The notes under the pieces were generated by a model that searched no databases, was not told the origin of the DNA, and worked only from the letters and a program-made list of their open reading frames with translations. Shown here piece after piece: positions 1-9,304 of a stretch of 64,000 bases of DNA. Source of the DNA: an uncultured Poribacteria bacterium. Lineage in GTDB: Bacteria; Poribacteria; WGA-4E; WGA-3G. How positions within the stretch are numbered: the stretch's first letter is position 1; the number at the start of each line of letters is the position of its first letter. Made by a program: the position numbers and the translations under genes. The stretch lies in assembly GCA_951813565.1 (NCBI GenBank), contig OX638351.1, forward strand, positions 3,072,001-3,136,000, given 5' to 3'.

Positions 1-476
1 TGCCTTACGTCATGGAAGAACGCAACTTCATTATCACACGAACATTTTCAAAAATCTATGGTCTGGCGGGTTTGCGAATTGGTTATGGCATCGCGCCTCC
101 CTCCATCATTGCAACGATGAATACTGTCCGTCAACCATTTAACTGTAATGCGGTAGCACAAGCAGCAGCACGTGCAGCACTCAAAGATACTGAGTACGTC
201 AAGAAAAGCCAAGAGTTAAACGCAGCTGGTAAGGTTTTCCTCTACACAGCATTTGACAAGTTAGGTCTTCGCTATATCAAAACTGAAGGGAATTTTATCA
301 TGGTTTTTGTCAATCAACCTGGTGCTGATTTAGCGGATGCCATGATGAAAAAAGGGGTTATCGTACGGGCAATGGTCAGTTACGGTTATCCTGACGCAAT
401 TCGGGTTACAATCGGCAAGCAGGAGGAAAATGAACGTTTCCTTGAGGCACTTACAGCACTTGTCCGAGCAAGGTAA
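1..476 (+). CDS. hisC: Histidinol-phosphate aminotransferase, C-terminal part (5' end lies before the window)
   Basis: PLP-lysine motif RTFSKIYGLAGLRIGY, then PFN and C-terminal IRVTIG..EN. Confidence 0.9.
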   Translation, partial: PYVMEERNFIITRTFSKIYGLAGLRIGYGIAPPSIIATMNTVRQPFNCNAVAQAAARAALKDTEYVKKSQELNAAGKVFLYTAFDKLGLRYIKTEGNFIMVFVNQPGADLADAMMKKGVIVRAMVSYGYPDAIRVTIGKQEENERFLEALTALVRAR

Positions 477-536
477 GTTTATGTGTGGTTTTAGAATGAA
501 CAGTTTCTGATTTTTGTGGAAAAAAGGCTTCAGGGA

Positions 537-565
537 TGGTATACTTTAAAATAATTTGAAATTAT
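537..565 (+). promoter_or_regulatory. Putative extended -10 promoter and palindromic operator upstream of the RAMP operon
   Basis: TGgTATACT at 537-545; perfect inverted repeat ATAATTT-g-AAATTAT at 551-565. Confidence 0.4.
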
Positions 566-639
566 CACATTGGTTCTATATTCTTCCAACTAATTGTTAA
601 CGCACTATCAACCAATCAAATCTAACAAGGAACATCAGG

Positions 640-2937
640 GTGACATCATTCAACTTTGGACCCATAGCGAGAACTTCAGCAGGTGACACACACGATACTA
701 TTAATCTTGCCTCATTTCCGCTTCATGTCATGCTCAATGCATTGGTTGGCTCAACGAGTGTTGAGGAGTTTATTGCCTGGCTCTGGCACGATCTGTACAA
801 ACCGGCTTTTTATTGGAAAAGGGGAGGTTGGTATCACGTCCCAGGTTTCGGGGTTTTTACTAAGGGTGAGGCTGTATTCGCAAACCTTACAAAAATACCT
901 ATTGGATTAGTGAGTTCTCATCATCCAAAATTAGTGGGACCTTACCATCCACTATGGGACCGGAAGACTAAAAGGCTAGTGGATCCATCTACAAAGCTGC
1001 CTTGTCCTAAGTTCAAGTTGCTTGAATCCGATTTCATTTCAGACCAGAGTGACCAAGTAAACCTTGGTGCCACCGTTAACTACATTCAATTGAGTTTTGC
1101 CGCTGAACCAGCACTGCCCACGCTGTTAACTCGTTCAGTTATTGCCGATGCTTTTATTGAGGTAGTGACAAAAGATGTAGCCGAAGCATTAAAACAGGCA
1201 TTTATTGATGATGGACGCGTGCCAATTGAACGAGTCCAATTCAAATTTGATACTAAGGCAAATATAACTTTTTCTTCACCGCCAACTAACTCTGAAATCT
1301 GGGACAAAATTGGAAAACATTTTGATGTTTACATGGATGGCAACACGTTTGTCATGCGTCATCTCACACCTGTTACCGCATCCAAATATGAATCTTTTGA
1401 TATAACATTTACTGCAGATCTAACAGGAAAATCACTGCTACCTAATGAAATGTTGGATAACAGTGTGTCATTGTCAGAACTGTTGGTGGTATATCAAGAC
1501 AACCGGACAGTAATAATTGCAGTTCCGCAGTCTCAAATTTATTCCGATGACTTATCAAAAAAGATTCAGGAGATTCAGGAAATGACACTTGAAACAAGTC
1601 GTCATCGACTTGAACAAGATTTTAACATATTAACACAAAAAGATGGTGTTGATTATCTTAAAACTGCTTTTGATAACCAGATTGAAATACGTAAAGTTCC
1701 CGGACGCTTAGGTAAACGTCCGTTAAATGATGCCATCCAGCGTCCTGTGGAAATGCTTTCCAATATCAGAAATTCGTCAAATAAGAAAGTCTGCCGTTTG
1801 ACTGGTACTCCGTTTGTTTCAACTCTACCTCCTGCCCCAACAACACTAGACAAGTTGTTTTCAAGCAAGTTTGTTGACACGGAATTTGTTGGTTTTGAAG
1901 AAGATGTTGCCCCATTAACGCATTTATATGTGATCAACTCACCAGAAGCCAAGAAAGGCATTTCCGCTCGAAAGTCACTTCGCGGATCCTTTGCTTTTTT
2001 CGCGCCAGCTTCACACTTTGCTGCAGATGATCAAGAATTGGAAGCAATCGAACAACCACCATTGGATATAGGTGGTCGTTTTCGCAATGAACTCAACCGT
2101 ATTACAGTTACAACTCAGGAATTCACACTTTTTCAACAAATGTCACGGCGTGTAATTGTGAAACTTTGGCAGCAACTCGTCCCAGATGAACGCCTTCCAC
2201 TGCCATATCTTGGTGCTATTGCTTTGACTCACGAATCAAATGATCGTATTCGTAGTCTATTACCACATCTTGACTTTATTTTTTCAGATATTACATTAAA
2301 AGCCTATCCATTTGAGTCAAAGGTGTCACCCGCGATAGAGATTGCCCTTGGATCCACTATAAAACCTGACCGATCTGCACATCAAAAACATACACTGCTT
2401 AAGATGGCACCTCATATCACTACAGTAAATGCCGAATCAACCATACCTATATTGATTGATGACAAGGTGCAAGTAAGTTTGACAAAAGCATTTTTTGAAA
2501 GAGAAAAACTTTTAACAAAGGTCACGAATGAACTCAAACGTTTTAAAAAAGGAGTGAACCAGAAAAACCTATGGCTGAAACTGGTACTTTCTAATAACGA
2601 TCCCGTTACAGCTGTTCTTGATAGTTCTGCAGCAACAATCAATGTAGGACGACTCCCAAAAAATTCAACATTAGAGGATATAGCGTTTAAAGACGCAGAA
2701 AATTTCTGGGACAGACATATTAATATGGGTGATTTTGCCGATAGTTGGAAACAATATGAGGAGTTAAGACATAATGCAGCAAACGCTCTTGAGGAATTTC
2801 CTGCACTCCTGCTACTTTTGCAAGCTCTTCAAAAACAAAAGGAAGTCCCGCAAAAACAGACAAAAGCTGAGAAGAACAAGACAAGTGTACCTCAACAACT
2901 TGATTTATTTTCACCACAAAACACGGATGAAATTTAG
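640..2937 (+). CDS. Putative large subunit of a type IV-C-like effector (HD-domain, Cas10-like), 765 aa
   Basis: N-terminal motif series H..WHDLYK..YH..SSHH..SD; degenerate Zn-ribbon CRLTG..KFVD..VAPLT; first gene of an operon with Cas11/Cas7/Cas5-like genes; AAGGAA RBS before GTG. Confidence 0.6.
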   Translation: MTSFNFGPIARTSAGDTHDTINLASFPLHVMLNALVGSTSVEEFIAWLWHDLYKPAFYWKRGGWYHVPGFGVFTKGEAVFANLTKIPIGLVSSHHPKLVGPYHPLWDRKTKRLVDPSTKLPCPKFKLLESDFISDQSDQVNLGATVNYIQLSFAAEPALPTLLTRSVIADAFIEVVTKDVAEALKQAFIDDGRVPIERVQFKFDTKANITFSSPPTNSEIWDKIGKHFDVYMDGNTFVMRHLTPVTASKYESFDITFTADLTGKSLLPNEMLDNSVSLSELLVVYQDNRTVIIAVPQSQIYSDDLSKKIQEIQEMTLETSRHRLEQDFNILTQKDGVDYLKTAFDNQIEIRKVPGRLGKRPLNDAIQRPVEMLSNIRNSSNKKVCRLTGTPFVSTLPPAPTTLDKLFSSKFVDTEFVGFEEDVAPLTHLYVINSPEAKKGISARKSLRGSFAFFAPASHFAADDQELEAIEQPPLDIGGRFRNELNRITVTTQEFTLFQQMSRRVIVKLWQQLVPDERLPLPYLGAIALTHESNDRIRSLLPHLDFIFSDITLKAYPFESKVSPAIEIALGSTIKPDRSAHQKHTLLKMAPHITTVNAESTIPILIDDKVQVSLTKAFFEREKLLTKVTNELKRFKKGVNQKNLWLKLVLSNNDPVTAVLDSSAATINVGRLPKNSTLEDIAFKDAENFWDRHINMGDFADSWKQYEELRHNAANALEEFPALLLLLQALQKQKEVPQKQTKAEKNKTSVPQQLDLFSPQNTDEI

Positions 2938-2949
2938 GAGAATTCGCCC

Positions 2950-3420
2950 ATGACGCAACAAAACAAGCCAAAGACTTTAGAGGAGACATTAACTGACGCA
3001 CTACAAGCAACTGGGAAACTTGATTTAGATGAATCTGTCAAGTTGGCAGTTCAAACGCTCCTTCTGATGCGAGGTCCGCTTGACCCAAAATTATTTAAGC
3101 GTAAGGATATGTTTAACCCATATCCCGTACTTGTCAAGTATATTCGTGCCTCTAATGCAGATACACTTGGAAGTTTGGTAAATGATGTGCAGTTAGCTAT
3201 TTCCCCCAATTTCATTACATTACGGAGTCTTGGGGAAGTAACTGAAGCAATCTATCAGTCTAAAACGGAACACATTGATGAAGCATTGAGACTTTTGAAA
3301 GAAGAGACAACACCATTGGTAATGCTCATGAAAAAAATCTATCAAGACGCACGGGGAGGAATTGATGAGGCAGATGAAGCCCAACTCCTACTTGAAGGTG
3401 CAAGTGAAGGAGAAGCATAA
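2950..3420 (+). CDS. Cas11-like small subunit, 156 aa
   Basis: Small protein that looks helical, placed between the large subunit and the Cas7-like gene; AGGAG RBS. The call rests on position and size. Confidence 0.55.
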   Translation: MTQQNKPKTLEETLTDALQATGKLDLDESVKLAVQTLLLMRGPLDPKLFKRKDMFNPYPVLVKYIRASNADTLGSLVNDVQLAISPNFITLRSLGEVTEAIYQSKTEHIDEALRLLKEETTPLVMLMKKIYQDARGGIDEADEAQLLLEGASEGEA

Positions 3421-3421
3421 C

Positions 3422-4402
3422 ATGAAACAAACTAATCACACTCTTGTTGATGTAAAGTTAACATTTGCATACCTTGCCGAACAGCCGATTATTCACACAG
3501 AAGAGACTATTGGAAATATTAGTAAACTCAAACAAATGCGCGTCATTTACAAAGGAAAGCCTGTGTCTGTTCCTGCATTGTCTGGTAACAGTTTTCGAGG
3601 TCAACTACGTGACATTCTTGCCGACGCACTCTGTTCGCGCCTTAGTAATCAGGGAAAACAACTACTCAGATTCGATGATAACGATGTCTACACAATCTTG
3701 TATAGCGGTGGTGCACTCTCCGATAAGAGCAAAGCGGGTAATCTGATCTATGATTTTGCTAATCATCTACCTTCAATGCGGTTGATGGGTTCTGCATTTG
3801 GTAACGTGATGCTTCCTTCTAAATTAGCGATGACACATATTGTGCCTTGTGCTGAGGAGACACAGGAAATAATGCAAGGGATGTATGAGTCACTTGATAT
3901 GAGTATTATTCCACCAATGAATGAATGGACAAATGCAAGGAATCTAATCTTTAATGACGGTCCACTCACACGTAAGGATGATAGCAAGGATCTTACGCGA
4001 CAGCGATTCGTTGATCTTGAATCCCAAACGGATGGAACTTCTGCTACGGAAAATCAAGACCCCCAACAGATGATTTACTATGTTGAATGTATTCCTGCAG
4101 GAACTTGGTTATTGCAGCAATTCTACTCTAAATATCCGGTTGATCAGTTAGAACTCGGTTGCTTATTTGATGGGTTGTCAACTTTTCTACAACAACCTAC
4201 AATCGGGGGTAGAAGTGCAGCCGGATATGGACAAGTCCGGACTCAATTTCAAGGATTGGTTGGATCAGAACAAGTGAATTATCCGGGAGATTTTCCGGAA
4301 ACCGTCAAAGATGCGGTTTGTGCCTACCAAAATTATCTAACAGAAAAACGAGATGATATTCTCAAAGTATTAACCGTTCAGACTGAAGAGATAAACGAAT
4401 GA
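3422..4402 (+). CDS. csf2: Type IV Cas7-family backbone RAMP (Csf2-like), 326 aa
   Basis: VPALSGNSFRGQLRD, LYSGGAL, RLMGSAFGN.MLPSKL, QMIYYVE, C-terminal G-loop IGGRSAAGYGQV; ATG at 3422 directly follows the upstream stop. Confidence 0.85.
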   Translation: MKQTNHTLVDVKLTFAYLAEQPIIHTEETIGNISKLKQMRVIYKGKPVSVPALSGNSFRGQLRDILADALCSRLSNQGKQLLRFDDNDVYTILYSGGALSDKSKAGNLIYDFANHLPSMRLMGSAFGNVMLPSKLAMTHIVPCAEETQEIMQGMYESLDMSIIPPMNEWTNARNLIFNDGPLTRKDDSKDLTRQRFVDLESQTDGTSATENQDPQQMIYYVECIPAGTWLLQQFYSKYPVDQLELGCLFDGLSTFLQQPTIGGRSAAGYGQVRTQFQGLVGSEQVNYPGDFPETVKDAVCAYQNYLTEKRDDILKVLTVQTEEINE

Positions 4403-5421
4403 CATTGCGCCGCTCTAATTCAGTGTTACAACCTGACCTGTTAATTAAGCAATTACTCGAAGATGCACAGTACCAATTCGGGGTAAAGACAGGAAAGGAA
4501 ATATATGAACTCCGATTAAATTTAGCAACATCTGCTGTTACTACTGCTGAAAAGTCAAATGCACCTGTCATCGGACTTCCTACGCTTGATGGATTTCTAA
4601 GTTATGTCGCCTTCCGAGCTGCACTTGGTAACGCTTTGAATGCAAACCCCGAACTTTCGAAACAGTTATTGTGGCAATGGAATTTAGCGTTACGTCACCA
4701 GGAGATGTGGATAGACTTTGAATTGCCGTTAAGCAAAATTCCGTTGACTGGATTAAAACCACTTTATGATTGTTCGGTAGGTTTACCCGTTGATGTCAAC
4801 GGTGATGTCCTCATACCTGTTGGGGCATTTTTCACTTCCAATAGTCAGCAATTTAAGGTATATCCTGAAGTTGTAGATTCTATTCCATTACGACGAAGAG
4901 TAAGTGAACCATTTGGTCGTCCGATTCGTCTGAAGAGTACGCTAAATACAGGTGGTGGCTCAACGAAAGCACTTGACAATCGCCTTTATTTTCCACTCAC
5001 TAAAAGTTACGTCTTTTTCTTTCGCGGTGATAAAAGCGGTGTTAAAAAGTTGTTAGATTTCGCACTCAAGGAACAGATTGGACTTGGTAAGAAAACTACA
5101 TTAGGATATGGTCAACTCGCTTCCTTTGAAATTAGACAACGTCCTGACGTAAAAGGCACTTGGGCAAAACCAGTGTCTGGACCGCTATATAGCAATGACA
5201 GGTTAGCGTTGATTAAAGACTTACCCTACGACCGCGTTTTCGCACGAAGAGACATAACAGACATAACGGACACACATAACCAAGAACTTTTCGGTTGTGA
5301 GAAATTTGCATTAGTTGCAACAATTGAGACTTTTGGTGCATATTGTCCACCCTATTGGTTGCCAACACAACGGACTCAGATTGTTCGTTACGGCTCAATT
5401 ATTCAAATCCGAAATACATAA
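4399..5421 (+). CDS. csf3: Type IV Cas5-family RAMP (Csf3-like), 340 aa
   Basis: PTLDGFLSY near the N-terminus, FFFRGD, G-loop GLGKKTTLGYGQL, C-terminal PPYW; ATGA overlap with the csf2-like gene. Confidence 0.75.
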   Translation: MTLRRSNSVLQPDLLIKQLLEDAQYQFGVKTGKEIYELRLNLATSAVTTAEKSNAPVIGLPTLDGFLSYVAFRAALGNALNANPELSKQLLWQWNLALRHQEMWIDFELPLSKIPLTGLKPLYDCSVGLPVDVNGDVLIPVGAFFTSNSQQFKVYPEVVDSIPLRRRVSEPFGRPIRLKSTLNTGGGSTKALDNRLYFPLTKSYVFFFRGDKSGVKKLLDFALKEQIGLGKKTTLGYGQLASFEIRQRPDVKGTWAKPVSGPLYSNDRLALIKDLPYDRVFARRDITDITDTHNQELFGCEKFALVATIETFGAYCPPYWLPTQRTQIVRYGSIIQIRNT

Positions 5422-5504
5422 CACAAACAATTTAAAGATTTAAATTAAATACAATCCGTACAAAAACTTTTTAACTGAAAACCGACTACTGATAACCAAT
5501 AAAT

Positions 5505-6617
5505 ATGAAAGAACTTATTCAGATTGATAATCGGAAACCGACACGAAAAATACAAGTCGGCGCTGTGTGGATTGGCGGTGGTAGTCCCATCTCTATTCAG
5601 ACGATGACCACCACGTTGACACACGACATCAATGCTACGTTAGCACAAGTTGAACGGTGCGCGGAAGCAGGCGCGCAGATTGTCCGAGTCGCAGTGCCAG
5701 AAGAAAAAGACGCGAAAGCACTTAGTGAATTAGTCCAACGTTCTCCAGTGCCAATTGTGTCTGATATTCATTTTAACTATAGATACGCGCTTGCCGCAGT
5801 GGATGCTGGTGTCGCAAAGGTACGCATCAATCCGGGCAACATAGGGAACGAAGAACGAATTGCACAGGTTTTGTCCGCTGCGAAAGCCGCAAATATCCCG
5901 ATTCGTATCGGTGTTAATGAGGGATCACTTGAAAAAGACCTATTGGAAAAATACCCGTCTCCCACTGCAGAGGCGTTGGTAGAAAGTGCGATGCGACATG
6001 TCAATATCTGTGAAGAACACGATTTTACAGATATTGCTATCTCTGTGAAATCCAGCGATCCGCTTCGGATGATAGAGGCGAATCGGTTGCTTTCAGCGAA
6101 GGTTCGCTACCCGTTGCATCTTGGCGTGACAGAAGCTGGTACACCCCGGCGCGCACATGTTAAATCTACACTTGGCATTGGCACACTGTTATTAGAAGGC
6201 ATTGGGGATACGATTCGCATCTCTATCACAGGTGATCCGGTCGAAGAGGTCCTGACCGCCAAAGAACTCCTGCGTGCCCTTGGTATGGCTGAAGATATAT
6301 TAGATGTTATCTCTTGTCCGTTCTGTGGGCGTGGCGACCCTGCTGCTGATTACGAAAACATAGTTACTGTAGCAGAGGAACTTTTGGAAAAACACGGTAT
6401 CAAAATCCCTGTAGCAGTGATGGGGTGTGAAGTTAATGGACCTGGTGAGACGCGTAACGCTGAGGTGGGAATCCATTTGGGTGGGAAGGAGCTTGCCGTT
6501 CTAAAGATTCGTGGTGAACGGGTCCGCACCTTCCGCGGAAAAGACGAGGTAAACCCAGAGTTTTTAGCAAATGCATTATTAGAAGCAGCGCTACAGTGGC
6601 AAGCATCGGATACATAA
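5505..6617 (+). CDS. ispG: 4-hydroxy-3-methylbut-2-en-1-yl diphosphate synthase
   Basis: ISIQTMT, DIHF, RINPGNIG, HLGVTEAG, SCPFCGR, MGCEVNGPGE. Confidence 0.97.
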   Translation: MKELIQIDNRKPTRKIQVGAVWIGGGSPISIQTMTTTLTHDINATLAQVERCAEAGAQIVRVAVPEEKDAKALSELVQRSPVPIVSDIHFNYRYALAAVDAGVAKVRINPGNIGNEERIAQVLSAAKAANIPIRIGVNEGSLEKDLLEKYPSPTAEALVESAMRHVNICEEHDFTDIAISVKSSDPLRMIEANRLLSAKVRYPLHLGVTEAGTPRRAHVKSTLGIGTLLLEGIGDTIRISITGDPVEEVLTAKELLRALGMAEDILDVISCPFCGRGDPAADYENIVTVAEELLEKHGIKIPVAVMGCEVNGPGETRNAEVGIHLGGKELAVLKIRGERVRTFRGKDEVNPEFLANALLEAALQWQASDT

Positions 6618-6669
6618 ACTTTTTTGGGCAGGTGTTCAATCCCGCCTTTTCTTGTAACATTAAGCAAAA

Positions 6670-8178
6670 ATGCATTTTCTCCAAAAAGCGGTCCGATCCA
6701 TTGTTGCACAAGTTTGTGCTATCGCGTTATTTTTCTGGTTATACCACATACTTGTGGTATATATCATGCGCGAGACAGGACTTGACCTTGGCGCGCTCAA
6801 CTATAGCAGACATTTTATCCCACTTTATGCTGTCCCTCAGCTCGATCTAAGTTGGTGGATTTTTCCTGCACTTGTTGTATGTATCGGGTTCTTGTATTTC
6901 TGCTATAAATACCTCCTTCCAAATACCCTTAATCCACGGCGCCTAATCGGTATAGCGATTGTCTGTTTTCTTGCTATCAATATCAGTGTGGCACAAATTG
7001 ATGGGTTCCGAGAATTAGGTACTGAAGACGATCCTAATCAGATTTTAGCAATGTTAGAACCCTACACCCGATCAGGGCTGGAATACTATGGCGACGTGCC
7101 GCGTATTCATGAATTGGGTCTCCGTGCATTTTTGCGAGATTTCAGCAAACCAGAGTTATTCAATACGCTCTCTGGGCACACGCGAACACATCCACCAGGG
7201 GGTGTGGTTTTCTTATGGCTTGTAAGCAAAATCTTTGGTTACAATCTCGTATCGGCATCGTTGGCATCAGTTCTCTTTACTGCACTCACGGTGATACCCT
7301 TCTATAAACTTGCGGAACGTCTTTACGACGAAAAGGTTGCGCTTTATGCGCTGCTGCTTTTCCTTATCACGCCAAACTTCGTGATGTTTACGACAACGTC
7401 TATGGACGGTCCCTTTAGCGTATTCCCAATTCTCAGTCTCTACCTTTTTTATGAAGCGAGAGAAAGAGAAACTGCACCGGACATGACGTTGGGCACATTC
7501 CGTCCCCACAGTTTATTAACAGGTATTTCCCTTGCACTCGGTATGTTTATGACTTATGCAACGGTGGTTGTTGGCGTTTTCTTGTGCGTAATCGCATTGT
7601 TGGAACGAAAAAGGGTTGTGCAGTACTTGAAGGTCTTAGCCTTTGCAGCAACAGGTTTTATCGGATTCTACTTACTGCTTTTTGTACTAACAGGTTTCGA
7701 ACCCATTGAGGCACTCTGGGCAGCGATCAAAAAAGATGAAGCAAGCATGCGAAAAGGTTATGAAAGCATTGACCGTTATTTTCATCTGAGTTTCGCGAAT
7801 CTCTTCGCTTTCCTGATTGGTGTAGGTATCCCAATTACAATAGTCTGGCTACGTCAACTGATATCGGCAGTTAAAGAATGGAAACTGAACAGCGCGTCAC
7901 CCGAACTGGAAAACAATCAGATTCATATTCCATGGATTTTCAACCCTGAAAAATCAGATACTTTCATCATTGGCTTCCTAATAACGCTTCTCTTTTTCAC
8001 ATTTTCCACCTTGTTTACGATGGAGGTAGAACGTATCTGGATCTTCATGGTGCCGTTTTTCGTTATACCCGTTGCCAAATACCTTACGACGCGACCGCGT
8101 TCAGATTTGTATTGGGTTGCGGGCATGCTCGTTGTGCAACTCATTATATCGGAAGTTTTGCTCTATACGTATTGGTAG
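6670..8178 (+). CDS. Membrane glycosyltransferase (GT-C / PMT-like)
   Basis: Many transmembrane segments, HPPG motif, lies in a glycosylation cluster. Confidence 0.65.
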   Translation: MHFLQKAVRSIVAQVCAIALFFWLYHILVVYIMRETGLDLGALNYSRHFIPLYAVPQLDLSWWIFPALVVCIGFLYFCYKYLLPNTLNPRRLIGIAIVCFLAINISVAQIDGFRELGTEDDPNQILAMLEPYTRSGLEYYGDVPRIHELGLRAFLRDFSKPELFNTLSGHTRTHPPGGVVFLWLVSKIFGYNLVSASLASVLFTALTVIPFYKLAERLYDEKVALYALLLFLITPNFVMFTTTSMDGPFSVFPILSLYLFYEARERETAPDMTLGTFRPHSLLTGISLALGMFMTYATVVVGVFLCVIALLERKRVVQYLKVLAFAATGFIGFYLLLFVLTGFEPIEALWAAIKKDEASMRKGYESIDRYFHLSFANLFAFLIGVGIPITIVWLRQLISAVKEWKLNSASPELENNQIHIPWIFNPEKSDTFIIGFLITLLFFTFSTLFTMEVERIWIFMVPFFVIPVAKYLTTRPRSDLYWVAGMLVVQLIISEVLLYTYW

Positions 8179-8209
8179 TGAATCACCCATAAATTGAGAA
8201 ATAGATCAA

Positions 8210-9304
8210 ATGCGAATTCTCTATGTCATTGACTCTATGACAAAAGACGGTGCCGAGTCGCAATTACTCAAGACGTTAACACATTTCGCACCTGACCAAT
8301 ATGAAGTTTTTGTTGTGCTAAGCCGCGCGGAAGGAGAACGTATTGCAGAACTTGCCGCTCTGCCTTGCGTTAGAGATGTAACGACACTCGCAGGTGAAAA
8401 CAAACGGGTAAGATTAATTGAAAAAGCCTTCACACTTGGCGGTATTATTAAGGCAGTTAAACCGGATATCGTTCATAGCTGGTTGTGGTATTCTAATTTC
8501 CTCTGTGGTATTTCCCGTAGATTCGGTTTATGGCGAAAGATTCCATTTATTGCCTCACAGCGCGGTGATTATCACGCGAGATATAGCAAATTTCGGCTCT
8601 GGCTTACAGAAAAACTGATTTACAGTCCTGCGGATTGCCTGTTAACGAATTCAGAACAGATACAACGTCGCCTCCACCAGTTGTATCCAAATAAAAAGAT
8701 TTTCAGCATTCCCAATTTGTTGGAATTACCTACAGAAGTATGGACTCATAAACAAAGAGATGCTGCTGAAGAGAAGTTAATTGTGAGTGTCGGACGATTC
8801 GCATCAGAAAAAGGGCACCGTTATCTGATAGAGGCGTTAAGTTTACTGAATCGCAAGGATGTGAAGTGGCGATGCACATTCCTCGGTGAAGGTGAATTAG
8901 AGTCAGAACTCCGCGCAATCACCGCAAAGCATAACCTGTCGGATAAGGTGATGTTTCCTGGATTTTGTGAAGATGTCTTTTCTACGCTTTTAAAAGCAGA
9001 TGTCTTTGTGCTTCCTTCGCTACATGAAGGTTCACCAAATGCTTTGATTGAGGCAATGGGTGTTGGCATGCCATGCATCGCATCAGATGTGGGGGGCATT
9101 AGAGACCTTATTGAAAATGAGAGAAACGGCATCCGAATTCCGCCGCAGGATTCGGGCGAATTAGCAGATGCATTGCATCGCATGCTGACAGAGCCTAAGT
9201 TTGCAGGAGAATTAGGTAGAAATGCGCGTGCAACTATTCAACAAAAGTTTAATAGCGTAGAATCTATCCGAAAATTAGATGAGATTTATCAAAGTTTCTT
9301 ATAG
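8210..9304 (+). CDS. GT4 family glycosyltransferase
   Basis: GAE near the N-terminus, VGRF..EKG, EGSPNALIEAM..G.PCIASDVGG. Confidence 0.92.
   Translation: MRILYVIDSMTKDGAESQLLKTLTHFAPDQYEVFVVLSRAEGERIAELAALPCVRDVTTLAGENKRVRLIEKAFTLGGIIKAVKPDIVHSWLWYSNFLCGISRRFGLWRKIPFIASQRGDYHARYSKFRLWLTEKLIYSPADCLLTNSEQIQRRLHQLYPNKKIFSIPNLLELPTEVWTHKQRDAAEEKLIVSVGRFASEKGHRYLIEALSLLNRKDVKWRCTFLGEGELESELRAITAKHNLSDKVMFPGFCEDVFSTLLKADVFVLPSLHEGSPNALIEAMGVGMPCIASDVGGIRDLIENERNGIRIPPQDSGELADALHRMLTEPKFAGELGRNARATIQQKFNSVESIRKLDEIYQSFL

Noticed and set aside
477..501. GTTT...AATGAAC segment resembling a single CRISPR repeat upstream of the operon
   Set aside because: No second copy was found and there is no internal hairpin, so it is unsupported.
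640..5421. Classification as type III, I-D or IV-A/B
   Set aside because: There is no GGDD, cas3 helicase, dinG or cysH, and the large subunit is far longer than Csf1. Gene 3 motifs look Csf2-like, so IV-C-like fits best pending HMM searches.
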